Virus record (IMG/VR): IMGVR_UViG_3300032116_000144
DNA from: a virus
DNA length: 64,000 bases
Reading direction: 5' to 3' (one strand)
Every line of letters starts with the position of its first letter. Position 1 is the first letter of the stretch. Below, piece after piece: positions 23,001 through 30,146 of the stretch. Position numbers and translations under genes: made by a program. Below the pieces are notes generated by a model. That model ran no database searches and was not told the origin of the DNA. It saw nothing but the letters and a program-made list of their open reading frames with translations.

Positions 23001-25739
23001 TTAGGTTTTGAAAGTACATTAGAAAAATTAGCAACAGATAAACCTTTTACGAATAATAGTATTAATGTTAAAGCTAGTGATACCTATGTGACTACTCAAG
23101 CTTTAAAAAATAATTATTTAAAATTAGGTAAAACACTTCTTGCTGATATATTTAAGTCTTTTTCATCTAATCCTAAATTAAAACAGGATATGGAAAAAGC
23201 ACTAGAAGTATTAGAAAAAGATATTTCTTTTACTCAACGAGGTTTAGATGCTTTAGCTGAATCCGGTGATCCTATTTTAAAAATTATTGATATTATTGTT
23301 AAAGACTCATTAAATAATTATAGAGTACCATTACTAGAAAAAGCAAAATCTATAGTAGATATGCAGCAGGAATTAGAAAAAGCTGGTATTAAATCTACTA
23401 ATTGGATGTATGAAAGAGATTTTGCAGGCAATCTTTCAGGTAGAATGATTAGTAAGTGGAATGTTGCTGAATATAATAAAGCAAAATCTGCCTTTTTTAA
23501 GTCTATTGGACCAAAACCAGAAGATGCATTTAAACAAAGAGAGTGGAATAGAAAAGTAGCAGAGTGGTTTAGTATTAATACTCAAGTAAATCCTAATTAT
23601 AAAGAAGTTTTAGAAAATAAGAAAAAGGAATTTATTACACGATATGGTCAACGTATTGGTATAAGGGAGTATAATGCCTGGGTTGCTAAAAATAGTACAG
23701 AAATATATAATCCTGAAAGTGGAGAGCGTGAACTTAGATATATTAAAGAACTTGCTGTTCCTTCTGATAAGTATTTAAGCCGTCAATTTGCAGAGATTGA
23801 AAATAATCCAGCACTTAAAGCTTATTATGATAAATATACTAATTTATTAAAAGAAGTAGAATCTCAATTACCTGAAGCATATAAACTATTTGGTTATATG
23901 CCACAAGTAAGAAAAGATTTCTTTGAAAGATTAGCTTTTGTAGATAAAAATGGAGAAAGAACTCTTAAATCTCCTAAAGATTATTTAAACGAAGGTAAGG
24001 AAACTATACTGGAAGCTTTTAAAAAGCAAGCTGGTGATGATATAGAGTTTGGATTAACAAAACTTACAGATGAAAAAGGTAATCCTGTAAATTTTGTACC
24101 TATGTTCTATACTAGACCTATTGATCCTACACAATTATCTACTGATGCAAGTTCTTCATTAATTGCTTTAGTTAACTCAGCTTATAACTATCAGGCTATT
24201 AGTAAAGTAGTAGATATGGTGGAACTATCTAAAGATATTCTTATTGAAAGAGAAATATTAACAGGTACTTTTGATCCTATTACTTACTTTAAAAAAGAAG
24301 GAGAAAAAGGTAAACAAATTACTATTAAAGGTGAAAATAGTAAAGCATTTGCACGTTATCAAGATTATATGGAAATGGTAATTTATGGTAATGAAAAGAA
24401 AGATGAAAAATTTGCAAAGCTTGCAGATACTTTAAATAAATATACATCTTTATCTTCTCTTGCTTTGAACGTTTATGCAGGTGTTGCTAACTTAGCTTAT
24501 GGTAATATAATGACTAGAATGGAAGCATTTGCTGGAGAACTTATTACTAATAAAGATTTATTAGAAGCAGATAAAATTTATTTAAGTGAATTACCTAGTA
24601 CTTTAAAAGATATTGGTGCTAGAAATGTATCTAATAAATTAAGCTTATGGAGTGAATATCATAATACACTGCAAGACTACAATAGAGAATTAAGAGACGC
24701 AAATACTGGTAGAACAAATTGGTTCTCTAGAATGTTTACTCAATCTAGTTTATACTTTATGAATAGAAGTGGTGAACATTATATGCAGCTTAAATCTTCT
24801 TTAGCACTTGCTCAAAGAATAAAAGTAAAAGATACTGAAGGAAATATAATGACTCTTTGGGAAGCTTATGATGTTGTAAATGTGGGAACAGAGGAAAATC
24901 CATCTTATAGACTTAAATTAAAAGAAGGATTGACAAAGGTAGGAGGAGAAAAAGCAACTGATTTATTTAAGAAAGAAGAAAACGGTAAGCCATTGACTCA
25001 AAAAGATGTTAATAGATTTATTAACAGACAAAACTTCTTAAATAAGAGATTACATGGTATCTATAATGATATAGATAAAGCAGCAGTTCATAGATATGCT
25101 ATAGGACGAATGGGTTTATTATTTAGAAAATGGATGAAACCAGGGTGGAACAGACGATTTGAAAAACTTACTTATAATGAGGAAGGGGAAATTTATACAG
25201 AAGGATATTACACAACACTGTGGAGAGTGTTAAAACGTTCTATTCTAGAATTGACAGAACTTAAAGATACTTTAGGAACTACTGACGAAACTATAAAAGC
25301 AGTAGAAAAAGCTAATTTAATCCGTGTTGCCACAGAATTTAGTTTTATGCTTGCTACAGCAGCAATAGCTTCTTTAGCTACTGCATATGCAGATGATGAA
25401 GATAATTGGGTAGCAGCATTTATTGCTTACGAAGCATTGAGAATACATTCTGAATTGCAGTTTTATAGTAACCCTCAAGAAGCTATACGTCTTGCACGTA
25501 GTCCTCTTCCTGCAATTCGTCAAATTGAAAAGTTACAAAGATTAATAGAAGTTTGGAATTGGAACGATGAAATGGAGAAAGGAAAGTACAAGGGATTAAA
25601 GAATTATGAGATTATAGGTATTGAATTAGTACCTTTTGCTGGTACTTACTACAATGCTAGAACTCCTGAAGAGCAATTAAAGTTTTTTAGTAATAATCCT
25701 CCAGTACTTGTGTCGTTAACTAACACTATAATAGAATAA
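11052..25739 (+). CDS. Giant 4895-aa virion protein; candidate fused ejection protein / virion-packaged RNA polymerase (two-barrel, DxDxD type) with a zincin-like HExxH segment
   Basis: Single stop-free frame of 14,688 nt, with consistent A-rich coding bias throughout. HEAFH (HExxH) at residues 1271-1275 (nt 14862..14876). DFDID at residues 2982-2986 (nt 19995..20009), resembling the DxDGD catalytic loop of crAss-like virion RNAPs / QDE-1-type polymerases. N-terminal Gly/Ala-rich hydrophobic stretches and long K/E coiled-coil regions. Confidence 0.6.
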   Translation: MSNINPFLSSGKETEEFNPFRYKADINPRSPIGGLRMTSDSRFLQGLTTDSNPNDVKAANQGFWSELGNSLVNFGGEVVLGAVEGAGYLNPLQLITTAFDSEKQFGNVISEWAAKKNEELQQDMFPVYNNTETADVSEWFFENFSSIGSAISLMIPAMAGTKALGATARAMRGHKLLKAIGVAEGSPVFNTATAGLETITMAGMSRHAENMMEATETYNTILEEAKQKGFSDDLAKQAAKEAAKSVYNKNWTLIMNDLVQFGMINKGWSTYSRKGKELALSNANKSTAKSILTQMGIEGAEEGYQFITAEEQAREVAQKYGIREKDYLSYPERLAKYATDENFLTSVFFGALGGGVFEVAGTAINNKFAKQQQIANELRDTEYQKQLAVFEGDKKKFLKIEQEESYRFIFELLEQGRADHAESLFQMMVDTKPADDISQEEAKEINAKGQWGLEQLKGFESYFNTVRKNNTGETMRFLLANKAGRNIKRASLDLRQQEVNKELGRLTEDFKLTSDLTKVLELSKDIESLEALKPEDLGIDKEIKDNLLKEKKDSYALFLETVKTNQSLTEDQVKEKLNQVDTSLLTQNTFLKSVEELQLAQLNKDATLASNPAKIQDKVNTLREETQNKELLTLTKKINKNTTEEELVQLKEAAKIINKDKEFKEALAVKVKEIQATASKIDEVNLEASLKTRWTDNSLLKAKEVQEITNLAILNGGIPENTVVDEKYIAERYNSDPVFKTKLNNYFKQSNSVVSVTKIDLKKEPTNSDGVDVNIKTKETTTQQNTVGYPTNPWKTASLEFKYENGSFTETENGLVLNTSSLSQKINWGALNRGEIPVGSTLYYEYDFNDSFNKGTIKGFEKIDANNAQIEIVYYKDNNKTETNRVILGAVPIWTETKNFGSKDNSNNLKAFKEKLWSEVLNTTNKIGRITLTPTTKLKSYESGPIHNLRQDSKPLEQNPLDIIGNNKLVLAIGRQKTNGQAYLDFGDVNHPYVNKVTAQKNVEKGAVYMMIPDKSGNILPIKIFNKTLNTFPDLLAEVRSMALSFKEITDATQRREAVDRISDIVSISDLYYSPNTQSYNLVLTDNKTKTIKTFTEENAVEVLGQLRVQIDVNKINRTVNGEAYNSTVSKNGYIVTDLHPDYFHSTRVIVEPYIPEVVKDAPISEAKTTVEHSNIAGLNEKFSLNDVDFGITSIDLGDIGKFKEATDGDNYTPLNEGEIRAWFEKNLPQVPVEIIPHLIEIKKNGGYAWGMFKDAAIILYNAAPNKIAYHEAFHAVFNLFLSPKEREAILNEASIRYGIPRSFDSVDTIARYNAVDFQLKSVNILSSDKAIEWFKKRDKGQWKGEQFWQKLQQDLQIPKEQIELLKSLSVENPYNREEILTSLLANYSYTVEINTAFGPEAQKQLDDGGEGFISNGVTYIVEQGYNRPEYLKIINGEPVSITIEEFEQAKKDSIVKEPTNIYGKGGINLVASRNNPREAEMYRSEDGWVYQELKINTPLITPSIKAHASFADDNTIGWIRLYYNTITKVVEIQEIQSDLFQKGRDKKSLALQELLDVDFSSDTPKEIYSGEQENQFLQLLNKDNNWVTFFIKSIIQDSAKKGYEKVLFPSGNTASKVEGHTTLEEFKKQKEDRIKVLEQEFFDYTIEQDTDGRFYVVNNVGEKGVSYSKRERAEEFIDKIKKDRVKTREEINQLKQELERVEKEGFGALKPIYNFYENTVANILKKQGYNPVLITDEYGNTWQEITLTEQQKQEIIRLSSLDKSVYNTNDLKLEEKLADEFMEYVQEDGANADSLSYNIRQFFRKLWTAIKSVFNKVDIDTLMYRINTGYYKDKQLPVKNTSPKYKVIEDPIVARKRVAMINYQFFKALDNYRAKNPNFEGLSDTKLIEKIGKNDYKLGLITVYGSILNGLRQAEFKLPNTDPRKAKLQNLINQFFVENQDKEISDVDGYFGKALADLRRYGLKYTPEGETNEQVLEDINNTSFEELYEEENFDTIHDKSRLTENPKDNFSYDVRKFLRKLEKYSIVNGEFVKGTSETNDDLGFTSFANYDEIVNFLFNNLADVNTTNEMIAKLQELQYKRPELRDVVVKALADEQFKTKLFVAFNKAYTPFLKVIRNIKELEFGNEISMRVFNANRKNIKQLIIDEWNTNLKNSAGNNITKNGEIDTVKAKQYFDEYQKIVEAIRKSRNITQEQANQLSTLLENFGITISPKVFINEFIERPTYYSTEGLTAVENLYNFIGGPRSLTTILTSITASINPYEGDTAESSSLISVSTTVASNSLQLHLDSVINIEGEQVYSYALPTFLSNLITDLKKNNNRKQLLENWWFKSNAFLNDLDKEENYELRENFSLAILNGINLFDTNKGTAFSKMTEKDLAISDIALFNSGKFAYYRVPILSDSPTSPTIRFKKYTKQEIVDNLYQVALAEKERIEKVDTYKELGIKHWETRGKEYQFLTIFNDPNIDINNIKAAKEAITNWLNEEFKIELDRLTTLEVIKGDQTSFFVTSNGNLVDNLKDYFYNKVHANVNIIQLTSIDLSFYKDSITFQKRNGQIYKLTDRLDTTAVWKDGTGVGQYYKSIYLKDVKEDTELFKNVNVTDAQSFIRLNRYKNIMIGIGKWTDQHESTYQKAQKGAWSTGFSNFLPSSIKPFAFTHENIDGTDIIIPVQHKNSQALLTPAMAKENPVLKKLLDYMDANNIDEIQFADSAVKVGEYGAVTVEEFLKGAKPVIHILNNKDYGIQQRVPAKHLDIEVLLGTQFKKLALSEIPDNIEIMGMNKQELFKTYQKLLTDNIIESYNTLSGEFQTIESVQKLLLEQVRDRGLSESYAEALKIVIDQEGNKIFNIPLFDPIHGRRTQNILNAVIRNNVTKQKIAGASLTLVSSWGLDKKLKIVKNKEGGVEYMEVMLPAYTRKFFELKDKKGEVDIEQLQKESPEVLELIGYRIPTEGWYSIKKMKIVGFTPDIMGSVALLPYDITTIAGEDFDIDKIYTILPTLEEVNWKLRKVKYNLDKPETLSKVQRDNALLDIINSIYSHPDMSSKVLTPGGFDTLKTLHNEIRDSYGALIRQDNIILPRTESKYFDINSNGGNLIGLAANHNSSHALTQYSKLGLTQSISFDGERRSSLHTTETTEQGRSVGQNLAEFLGAFVDTAKDPVATGLNLNLFTFDSVALIIRAGFSLKTAMYFINQSILKNLVNQYNNQNKSEAKVDKIVTDLRQQLTKIIGDYPKSKMYDLSTKELGKSFVSLANIPDPTAKRKAALLQAKVLETFLELRKTGKQLSALIKASKADTNGVGKTLAENTHFLESVGNVSKLKSLTGIDSVLNIPLIDISIEYGVKKPQEEILSRYFPYNGKLFKTLVNVLENNKGQELTADEINYVFNNFIHFYISDFSFFDETKKLYYINEYPAKFVALKKKYPELELIKYLAVKSKSSFNNLQRIEFTSAATISNEQIERLQDAWESMLGSDNVEIKGMANDLLNYAFFTTYLGFKYTGFSHLTPINFLENLRNKEDVSYRDFVYRLQNEKDSTHLIANYLDQIYRHKSTYNTLLQTLKKEDVTVTKKNKGGFVTSMKFDEAKSRSLGIYDEEGKVIRNRFLYENSNGITYTFKYSGTTKNNETVFNIQENLGYENHIVEFDKLNPAETNIPSNKIKSINADSYFDVDYDYTTLYSLENSQQNVKKADENLNNILKTFASSLGIKVEAHENLKSRLGIDAAGAADIYNKLILISQNKENVNTLPEEIGHFAEAFTRGTSFHDSLMGLVQNTAEYKEVVNEYGEIYAGDITTLKRETIGKLIGKAIVKRYNETRKNTNNVVLQFLEALWNRFIGIFRKVDIADFNKEVNSITEYIAEQILAGNTNIFTNRNIKIGEVFYKLSSEKDINDNIETLKLGIDSIFKKLSLYERKAGSTYLQREKDIFDKLIKDLNKEKYELGLLRYLANARIELDTVAKRYNQIGEIIKNGIPETLEEKRELINTLRSAQNYVLGFESTLEKLATDKPFTNNSINVKASDTYVTTQALKNNYLKLGKTLLADIFKSFSSNPKLKQDMEKALEVLEKDISFTQRGLDALAESGDPILKIIDIIVKDSLNNYRVPLLEKAKSIVDMQQELEKAGIKSTNWMYERDFAGNLSGRMISKWNVAEYNKAKSAFFKSIGPKPEDAFKQREWNRKVAEWFSINTQVNPNYKEVLENKKKEFITRYGQRIGIREYNAWVAKNSTEIYNPESGERELRYIKELAVPSDKYLSRQFAEIENNPALKAYYDKYTNLLKEVESQLPEAYKLFGYMPQVRKDFFERLAFVDKNGERTLKSPKDYLNEGKETILEAFKKQAGDDIEFGLTKLTDEKGNPVNFVPMFYTRPIDPTQLSTDASSSLIALVNSAYNYQAISKVVDMVELSKDILIEREILTGTFDPITYFKKEGEKGKQITIKGENSKAFARYQDYMEMVIYGNEKKDEKFAKLADTLNKYTSLSSLALNVYAGVANLAYGNIMTRMEAFAGELITNKDLLEADKIYLSELPSTLKDIGARNVSNKLSLWSEYHNTLQDYNRELRDANTGRTNWFSRMFTQSSLYFMNRSGEHYMQLKSSLALAQRIKVKDTEGNIMTLWEAYDVVNVGTEENPSYRLKLKEGLTKVGGEKATDLFKKEENGKPLTQKDVNRFINRQNFLNKRLHGIYNDIDKAAVHRYAIGRMGLLFRKWMKPGWNRRFEKLTYNEEGEIYTEGYYTTLWRVLKRSILELTELKDTLGTTDETIKAVEKANLIRVATEFSFMLATAAIASLATAYADDEDNWVAAFIAYEALRIHSELQFYSNPQEAIRLARSPLPAIRQIEKLQRLIEVWNWNDEMEKGKYKGLKNYEIIGIELVPFAGTYYNARTPEEQLKFFSNNPPVLVSLTNTIIE

Positions 25740-25740
25740 T

Positions 25741-27078
25741 ATGTCTCAAATTAATGTTAAATTACGAACTAAATTTTATGATTTTTACGATGAAGTTAGA
25801 GGAGAATTTGAAACAGATAATGATTGTATTAAAGCTTTTATAATTAAAGAAAAAGAAGAAGGTAATCAAACATTTACTATTTCTTTATATAAAAAGTATT
25901 TAAAAACCAAAAGTGTAATAAAAACACGTAATACAGCACCTCAAATTACTTTGGGTGAAAATGGAAGAGAAATTTTTGAAAATGAGAATACTAGAGAACT
26001 TAAAGCTAAGACAGAAAAACCTATTACTTCTTTAAAAGAAGCTTTAGATTACTTTGAAGTAGATACTAAAATTTGGAAAGTAGTATCCTGGAATTGTAAG
26101 TCTTGGGATACTTCAATGAAAATAGAAAAAATAAAAGATGGTAAAATAGTACACACTCCCGTAAAAAAGACTAACTATTTAGTAAATGTTCAGCTTGTAA
26201 AGAAAGAAAACGAGATTGATTATCAAAAGATATATAAAATTGTGAATCAATTTGTTAAAAATGATAAGATAAATATTGTTAAGACAGAAAATTTTAATGC
26301 GGGAGTTGTTGCTTTAGCTGATATTCATGCTGGACTAAAAATAGAGAAATTTACTAAACATACACAAGAATACAATGTTCGTAAATTAACAGAATATCTT
26401 ACAGAAATAGTTACTAAAACAAATCAACTCGGATTTAAAGAAGTACACGTTGTAATATTGGGAGATTTGGTAGAGTCTGTAACTGGCTATAATAAAATAG
26501 AGACTCTTAAAGAAATGGAGTTTGGAATGACAGGCGGAAATCTTATTATTGCAGCATATGAATTACTGCATAAGATGTTGTCTTCTATAAATAATTTAAA
26601 ACACGTCTATATGGTTAGTGGTAATCATGATAGACTAACTCCAGAAAAACCTATGGATAAAGATGGTGGAGCAGCACAAATTGTAGCTTATATGTTAAGC
26701 AAAACAGTACCTACAACTTGGCATCCTTTTATCATTAATACTGAAATTGATAATATCTGCTATATTCTAAATCATGGAGATCATAAAATAGCAAAACAAG
26801 ATTTAGGTAAAGTAGTTTTTGAATATGGAGATCAAAGTAAGTACAATGTATTCTTGACCGCGCATTTACATATACGTAAAAGTACAAAAATTTTTCAGGA
26901 AAAGAATACAATACTTAGTGACACAAACAAATATAGGGCTGTAACTGTGGCTCCTATCGTTACAGGAAACAGATGGGCAGAGGAAAATGGTTACAGTTGT
27001 TCACCAGGATTTTCTATATTTGTGGCTAATTCTAGTAGAAATAATGTGCATCATTTTGATTTTGCGCTGAGTCGCTAA
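25741..27078 (+). CDS. Calcineurin-like metallophosphoesterase
   Basis: 445 aa. Motifs ADIHAG (DxH), GDLVES (GDxxD), GNHD, HLHI in canonical order. Starts 1 nt after the giant ORF stop. Confidence 0.65.
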   Translation: MSQINVKLRTKFYDFYDEVRGEFETDNDCIKAFIIKEKEEGNQTFTISLYKKYLKTKSVIKTRNTAPQITLGENGREIFENENTRELKAKTEKPITSLKEALDYFEVDTKIWKVVSWNCKSWDTSMKIEKIKDGKIVHTPVKKTNYLVNVQLVKKENEIDYQKIYKIVNQFVKNDKINIVKTENFNAGVVALADIHAGLKIEKFTKHTQEYNVRKLTEYLTEIVTKTNQLGFKEVHVVILGDLVESVTGYNKIETLKEMEFGMTGGNLIIAAYELLHKMLSSINNLKHVYMVSGNHDRLTPEKPMDKDGGAAQIVAYMLSKTVPTTWHPFIINTEIDNICYILNHGDHKIAKQDLGKVVFEYGDQSKYNVFLTAHLHIRKSTKIFQEKNTILSDTNKYRAVTVAPIVTGNRWAEENGYSCSPGFSIFVANSSRNNVHHFDFALSR

Positions 27079-27128
27079 TAGATGCAATAAAAACAACCGA
27101 TCTGTATAAAGATACAGACGATTAAAAG

Positions 27129-27164
27129 AAAATGGTCTTGCAATTTGTGTTGCAAGACCATTTT
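27129..27164. terminator. Bidirectional rho-independent terminator between convergent + and - gene blocks
   Basis: Perfect 15-bp inverted repeat aaaatggtcttgcaa / ttgcaagaccatttt with 6-nt loop, A/T runs on both sides. Located exactly where + strand and - strand transcription converge. Confidence 0.7.
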
Positions 27165-27169
27165 ATTTA

Positions 27170-27379
27170 TTAGGATTTACTGGTTTTATCTTGAATATGA
27201 CGTAGTTCAAAACTCAAAAATAAAAAACTCCAATAACGTGTAACCTCTTCAAGTGGTTTATTATCTAAAGCTCGTGTATAACTACCTTTAGTAATATAAA
27301 AAGACCAATTAAAGAAACTAAAGCTTACATCAAGTTGGTATTTAGGAAAACGAATTTCCTGTTCATTTTGATAATACAT
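27170..27379 (-). CDS. Small hypothetical protein
   Basis: 69-aa ORF between the MazG-like gene and the convergent terminator. No motif. Confidence 0.3.
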   Translation of the reverse strand: MYYQNEQEIRFPKYQLDVSFSFFNWSFYITKGSYTRALDNKPLEEVTRYWSFLFLSFELRHIQDKTSKS

Positions 27380-27381
27380 AT

Positions 27382-27975
27382 TTATAACTTATTTTCTAGT
27401 GTTTGTCGTTCTTTGTCAATATCTCTATTGATAGCTGCTTCTTCTGTAAACTTATGAGGATAACGAACACGCAGTTTTTCAATATTAGCTGCTCTTAATT
27501 CTGCTCCATTTAATTTATAAACTTCTTCAAGTAAATTTAAAGAAGAATAAATATCGTAAATAGCTTCTAATTCTACTGATTTTTCAATAGGTCTATTGTA
27601 AGCTACAAATTTCTTAACTAGATCATTTAAATCTGCAATACTAGAAATAAGTAATTCCATAGCTTTATAATCAGGTAAGCTATTAATAGTTAATTCATCA
27701 GGAGGAGCAATGTCTTGTAAGTTACAATAATTAGCAATATACCAATACAAATCACCAATTTCTTCTCCTAAATTAACTCGATCTACTCTAACTTTTAACT
27801 CGGTACCAATACAATTTACTAATTCACCTAACTCTGTACTAAGTCCTAAAGCCATGTGAGCCAAGTTTAATTTATGTCCTATTTCCACAGGAATAAGACG
27901 ATTAATTTGCTCTTTATCAAGACCTAAATCAGGAAGAGTTCTTTTAGTATTTTTACAATAAATAAGATTGTTCAT
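27382..27975 (-). CDS. MazG-like nucleoside triphosphate pyrophosphohydrolase
   Basis: EEIGDLYWYIANYCN matches the MazG EExGDxxW...N signature. 197 aa. Confidence 0.65.
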   Translation of the reverse strand: MNNLIYCKNTKRTLPDLGLDKEQINRLIPVEIGHKLNLAHMALGLSTELGELVNCIGTELKVRVDRVNLGEEIGDLYWYIANYCNLQDIAPPDELTINSLPDYKAMELLISSIADLNDLVKKFVAYNRPIEKSVELEAIYDIYSSLNLLEEVYKLNGAELRAANIEKLRVRYPHKFTEEAAINRDIDKERQTLENKL

Positions 27976-27976
27976 G

Positions 27977-28720
27977 TTAATTTATAAAAAGATTTGACAC
28001 CACTACTGTTTTACTAGCTTTATCTACAATATCAACTTTATCGGTAATATATTGAGTAACAGCTGAATAAACATTCCATTGAGACACTTTATTTTCTCGA
28101 ATAGCATATCTTGATTTATTATCGTCAAGATCTTTAACTGCAGAAAGAATAGCACTAGTACCAATCTGCTTATTTCTGCTACCTTCTCTTAAAAGGTAAC
28201 CCACTACTCGATTAATATCATCTCCTTCATATACTTTTTCATTCATTCTTTCATAAATTTCTCGGAACCTATGAAGTTGTTCTGTAACACTATCTACATA
28301 CTCATATGCTTTTTCATATATAGAAGAGTTGCCTTGTAGTAATTCTACCTGATGAATATAGCGAGCACCAAAAATAGAAAGATTAGTACACGCCCAAGCA
28401 TTTTCACCTGAATATACTCGCATCGTAGGTTTTTGAGTGTCTAGCGCATAGACCATACCAATTACAGAATCATGGTCATAAGCACAAAACTCATTAGGAA
28501 GTTTTGCTTCAATTAAAACACGCCCATACGCTTCATTAATACTACCTGATTCTTCTTTATTAGCAACGCGATCAGATACAGAAACTCTAAAATTATTAGT
28601 AATTCCTTGTAACTTTTCAACAAAAGGTTCAATATATTGACGAGGACTTCCAAAACTAATAAGAGAGTCTTCCTTTACATAAACCTTACTATTTAATACT
28701 TGATCTAAACTTACATCCAT
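27977..28720 (-). CDS. Hypothetical protein (shares LPNEFCAY segment with the 60413..60919 protein)
   Basis: 247 aa. Contains an exact 25-nt match (28478..28502) to 60647..60671, encoding LPNEFCAY. Confidence 0.5.
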   Translation of the reverse strand: MDVSLDQVLNSKVYVKEDSLISFGSPRQYIEPFVEKLQGITNNFRVSVSDRVANKEESGSINEAYGRVLIEAKLPNEFCAYDHDSVIGMVYALDTQKPTMRVYSGENAWACTNLSIFGARYIHQVELLQGNSSIYEKAYEYVDSVTEQLHRFREIYERMNEKVYEGDDINRVVGYLLREGSRNKQIGTSAILSAVKDLDDNKSRYAIRENKVSQWNVYSAVTQYITDKVDIVDKASKTVVVSNLFIN

Positions 28721-28722
28721 AA

Positions 28723-28995
28723 TTAATTACGATAAAATTTAACTCCAATCCTAGTACCCTTAACTGGTTTATCTTTAATACTTAATACATATCTTCGATC
28801 ACTACTAGTTTCATTTAGATTTTTAATTATTTCCCGTACTGTTACTGTACTTAACATAGTAGCTTCTATAAAAATAGACTGACCTGCTTTAAGGTTTGGT
28901 AAAACTCGTAAAATACTTTCTTTTTCTTTTTCTTTACGAGCACCACGACCTTTTACTTCAACATCTTCAATTTTAAATTCAAATAAATTTTCCAT
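28723..28995 (-). CDS. Hypothetical protein
   Basis: 90-aa ORF, tightly packed in the minus-strand operon. Confidence 0.45.
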   Translation of the reverse strand: MENLFEFKIEDVEVKGRGARKEKEKESILRVLPNLKAGQSIFIEATMLSTVTVREIIKNLNETSSDRRYVLSIKDKPVKGTRIGVKFYRN

Positions 28996-29000
28996 ATATT

Positions 29001-29249
29001 TTAAATGCTGTTATTCGTAAATTTTATGTTTTTAGAATAATAATTTAACATTGTTTTAACATCTCTAAATAATAATTCAAAAGATTTTAAATCACCTAGA
29101 TACTCCCTATTATAGCCGTCACAATTAACTCGATAAAAAATATTGTTTTTGTTGGTTTCAATAGACTTAATCCAACCTTTTACAAATCCTTCTGTATTAC
29201 TTAAAAAATAAACTTCGTCACCTACTTCATAAATTTCTATTGTTTTCAT
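29001..29249 (-). CDS. Hypothetical protein
   Basis: 82-aa ORF in the operon. Confidence 0.45.
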   Translation of the reverse strand: MKTIEIYEVGDEVYFLSNTEGFVKGWIKSIETNKNNIFYRVNCDGYNREYLGDLKSFELLFRDVKTMLNYYSKNIKFTNNSI

Positions 29250-29354
29250 ATTAATATTTAACTATATAAAATTTTTTACTTTTAAATTTAATATCTTGAG
29301 CTTTACATCTTTCTATAAATTTACTTTCTATTTCATCTAATATTTCTTTCATAA

Positions 29355-30146
29355 TTAAAAAGGAGCAGTATCGCTCAATTTAAGATTAAAATGTGGTTCT
29401 GTTACAGGTAACCAATCAATACAAGTAGTATGTGTATCTAATAAAAATTGATTAGCTTGACTAAAATGTTTACAACCGCTAAATGTATTAGGGTAATTTG
29501 GTGTAATATTTCCAAAACTATCTGAATTATATAAGTCAGATGCAGGATGTTTTGCTTCTAAAACTAAATGAACATCATAGAAAAAATAATCAATTTTGGA
29601 TTTAACTCTATTAAATGCTGCCTTAGCTTCATTACCCCATAACATAAATACTTTGCGAGAGGGTTCCATTATTTGACTAATAATAACAGCATCTGTAAAG
29701 TTTTCCCAACCTAAATCTTTATGACTTGCAGGTTTTCCCTTAAACACAGTTAATATACTATTAAGCAAAAGAACACCTTGTTTAGCAAGATAATCTAATT
29801 GATAGTCTTTATTTAAATTGAATCCATCGTAACAATCTCTTTCTATTTCTTCTAGTATAATATCAAGAGATTTTTTACCTTTTGGAAACTTTAATCCATC
29901 TTTATAGGAAAAAGCTAAACCATCCGCAGTGCCATCATAATAAGGATCTTGACCAATAATAACAACTTTAACCTGACCATATGGACATAGCTTTAAAGCT
30001 TTAAATATATCTTGACTTTCAGGATAAATTGTTTTACTTTGTCTTGTATATGTAATCCAAGCACCAAGTTTTTGAAGATATTCTTTTTCAAATTCTTGTC
30101 CAAGAATAGGAACCCATCTTTCACCTATTTTATCTGCTAAATTCAT
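29355..30146 (-). CDS. Uracil-DNA glycosylase (family 1-like)
   Basis: VVIIGQDPYYDGTADGLAFS resembles the UNG GQDPYH...GLCFS catalytic motif. 263 aa. Confidence 0.65.
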   Translation of the reverse strand: MNLADKIGERWVPILGQEFEKEYLQKLGAWITYTRQSKTIYPESQDIFKALKLCPYGQVKVVIIGQDPYYDGTADGLAFSYKDGLKFPKGKKSLDIILEEIERDCYDGFNLNKDYQLDYLAKQGVLLLNSILTVFKGKPASHKDLGWENFTDAVIISQIMEPSRKVFMLWGNEAKAAFNRVKSKIDYFFYDVHLVLEAKHPASDLYNSDSFGNITPNYPNTFSGCKHFSQANQFLLDTHTTCIDWLPVTEPHFNLKLSDTAPF

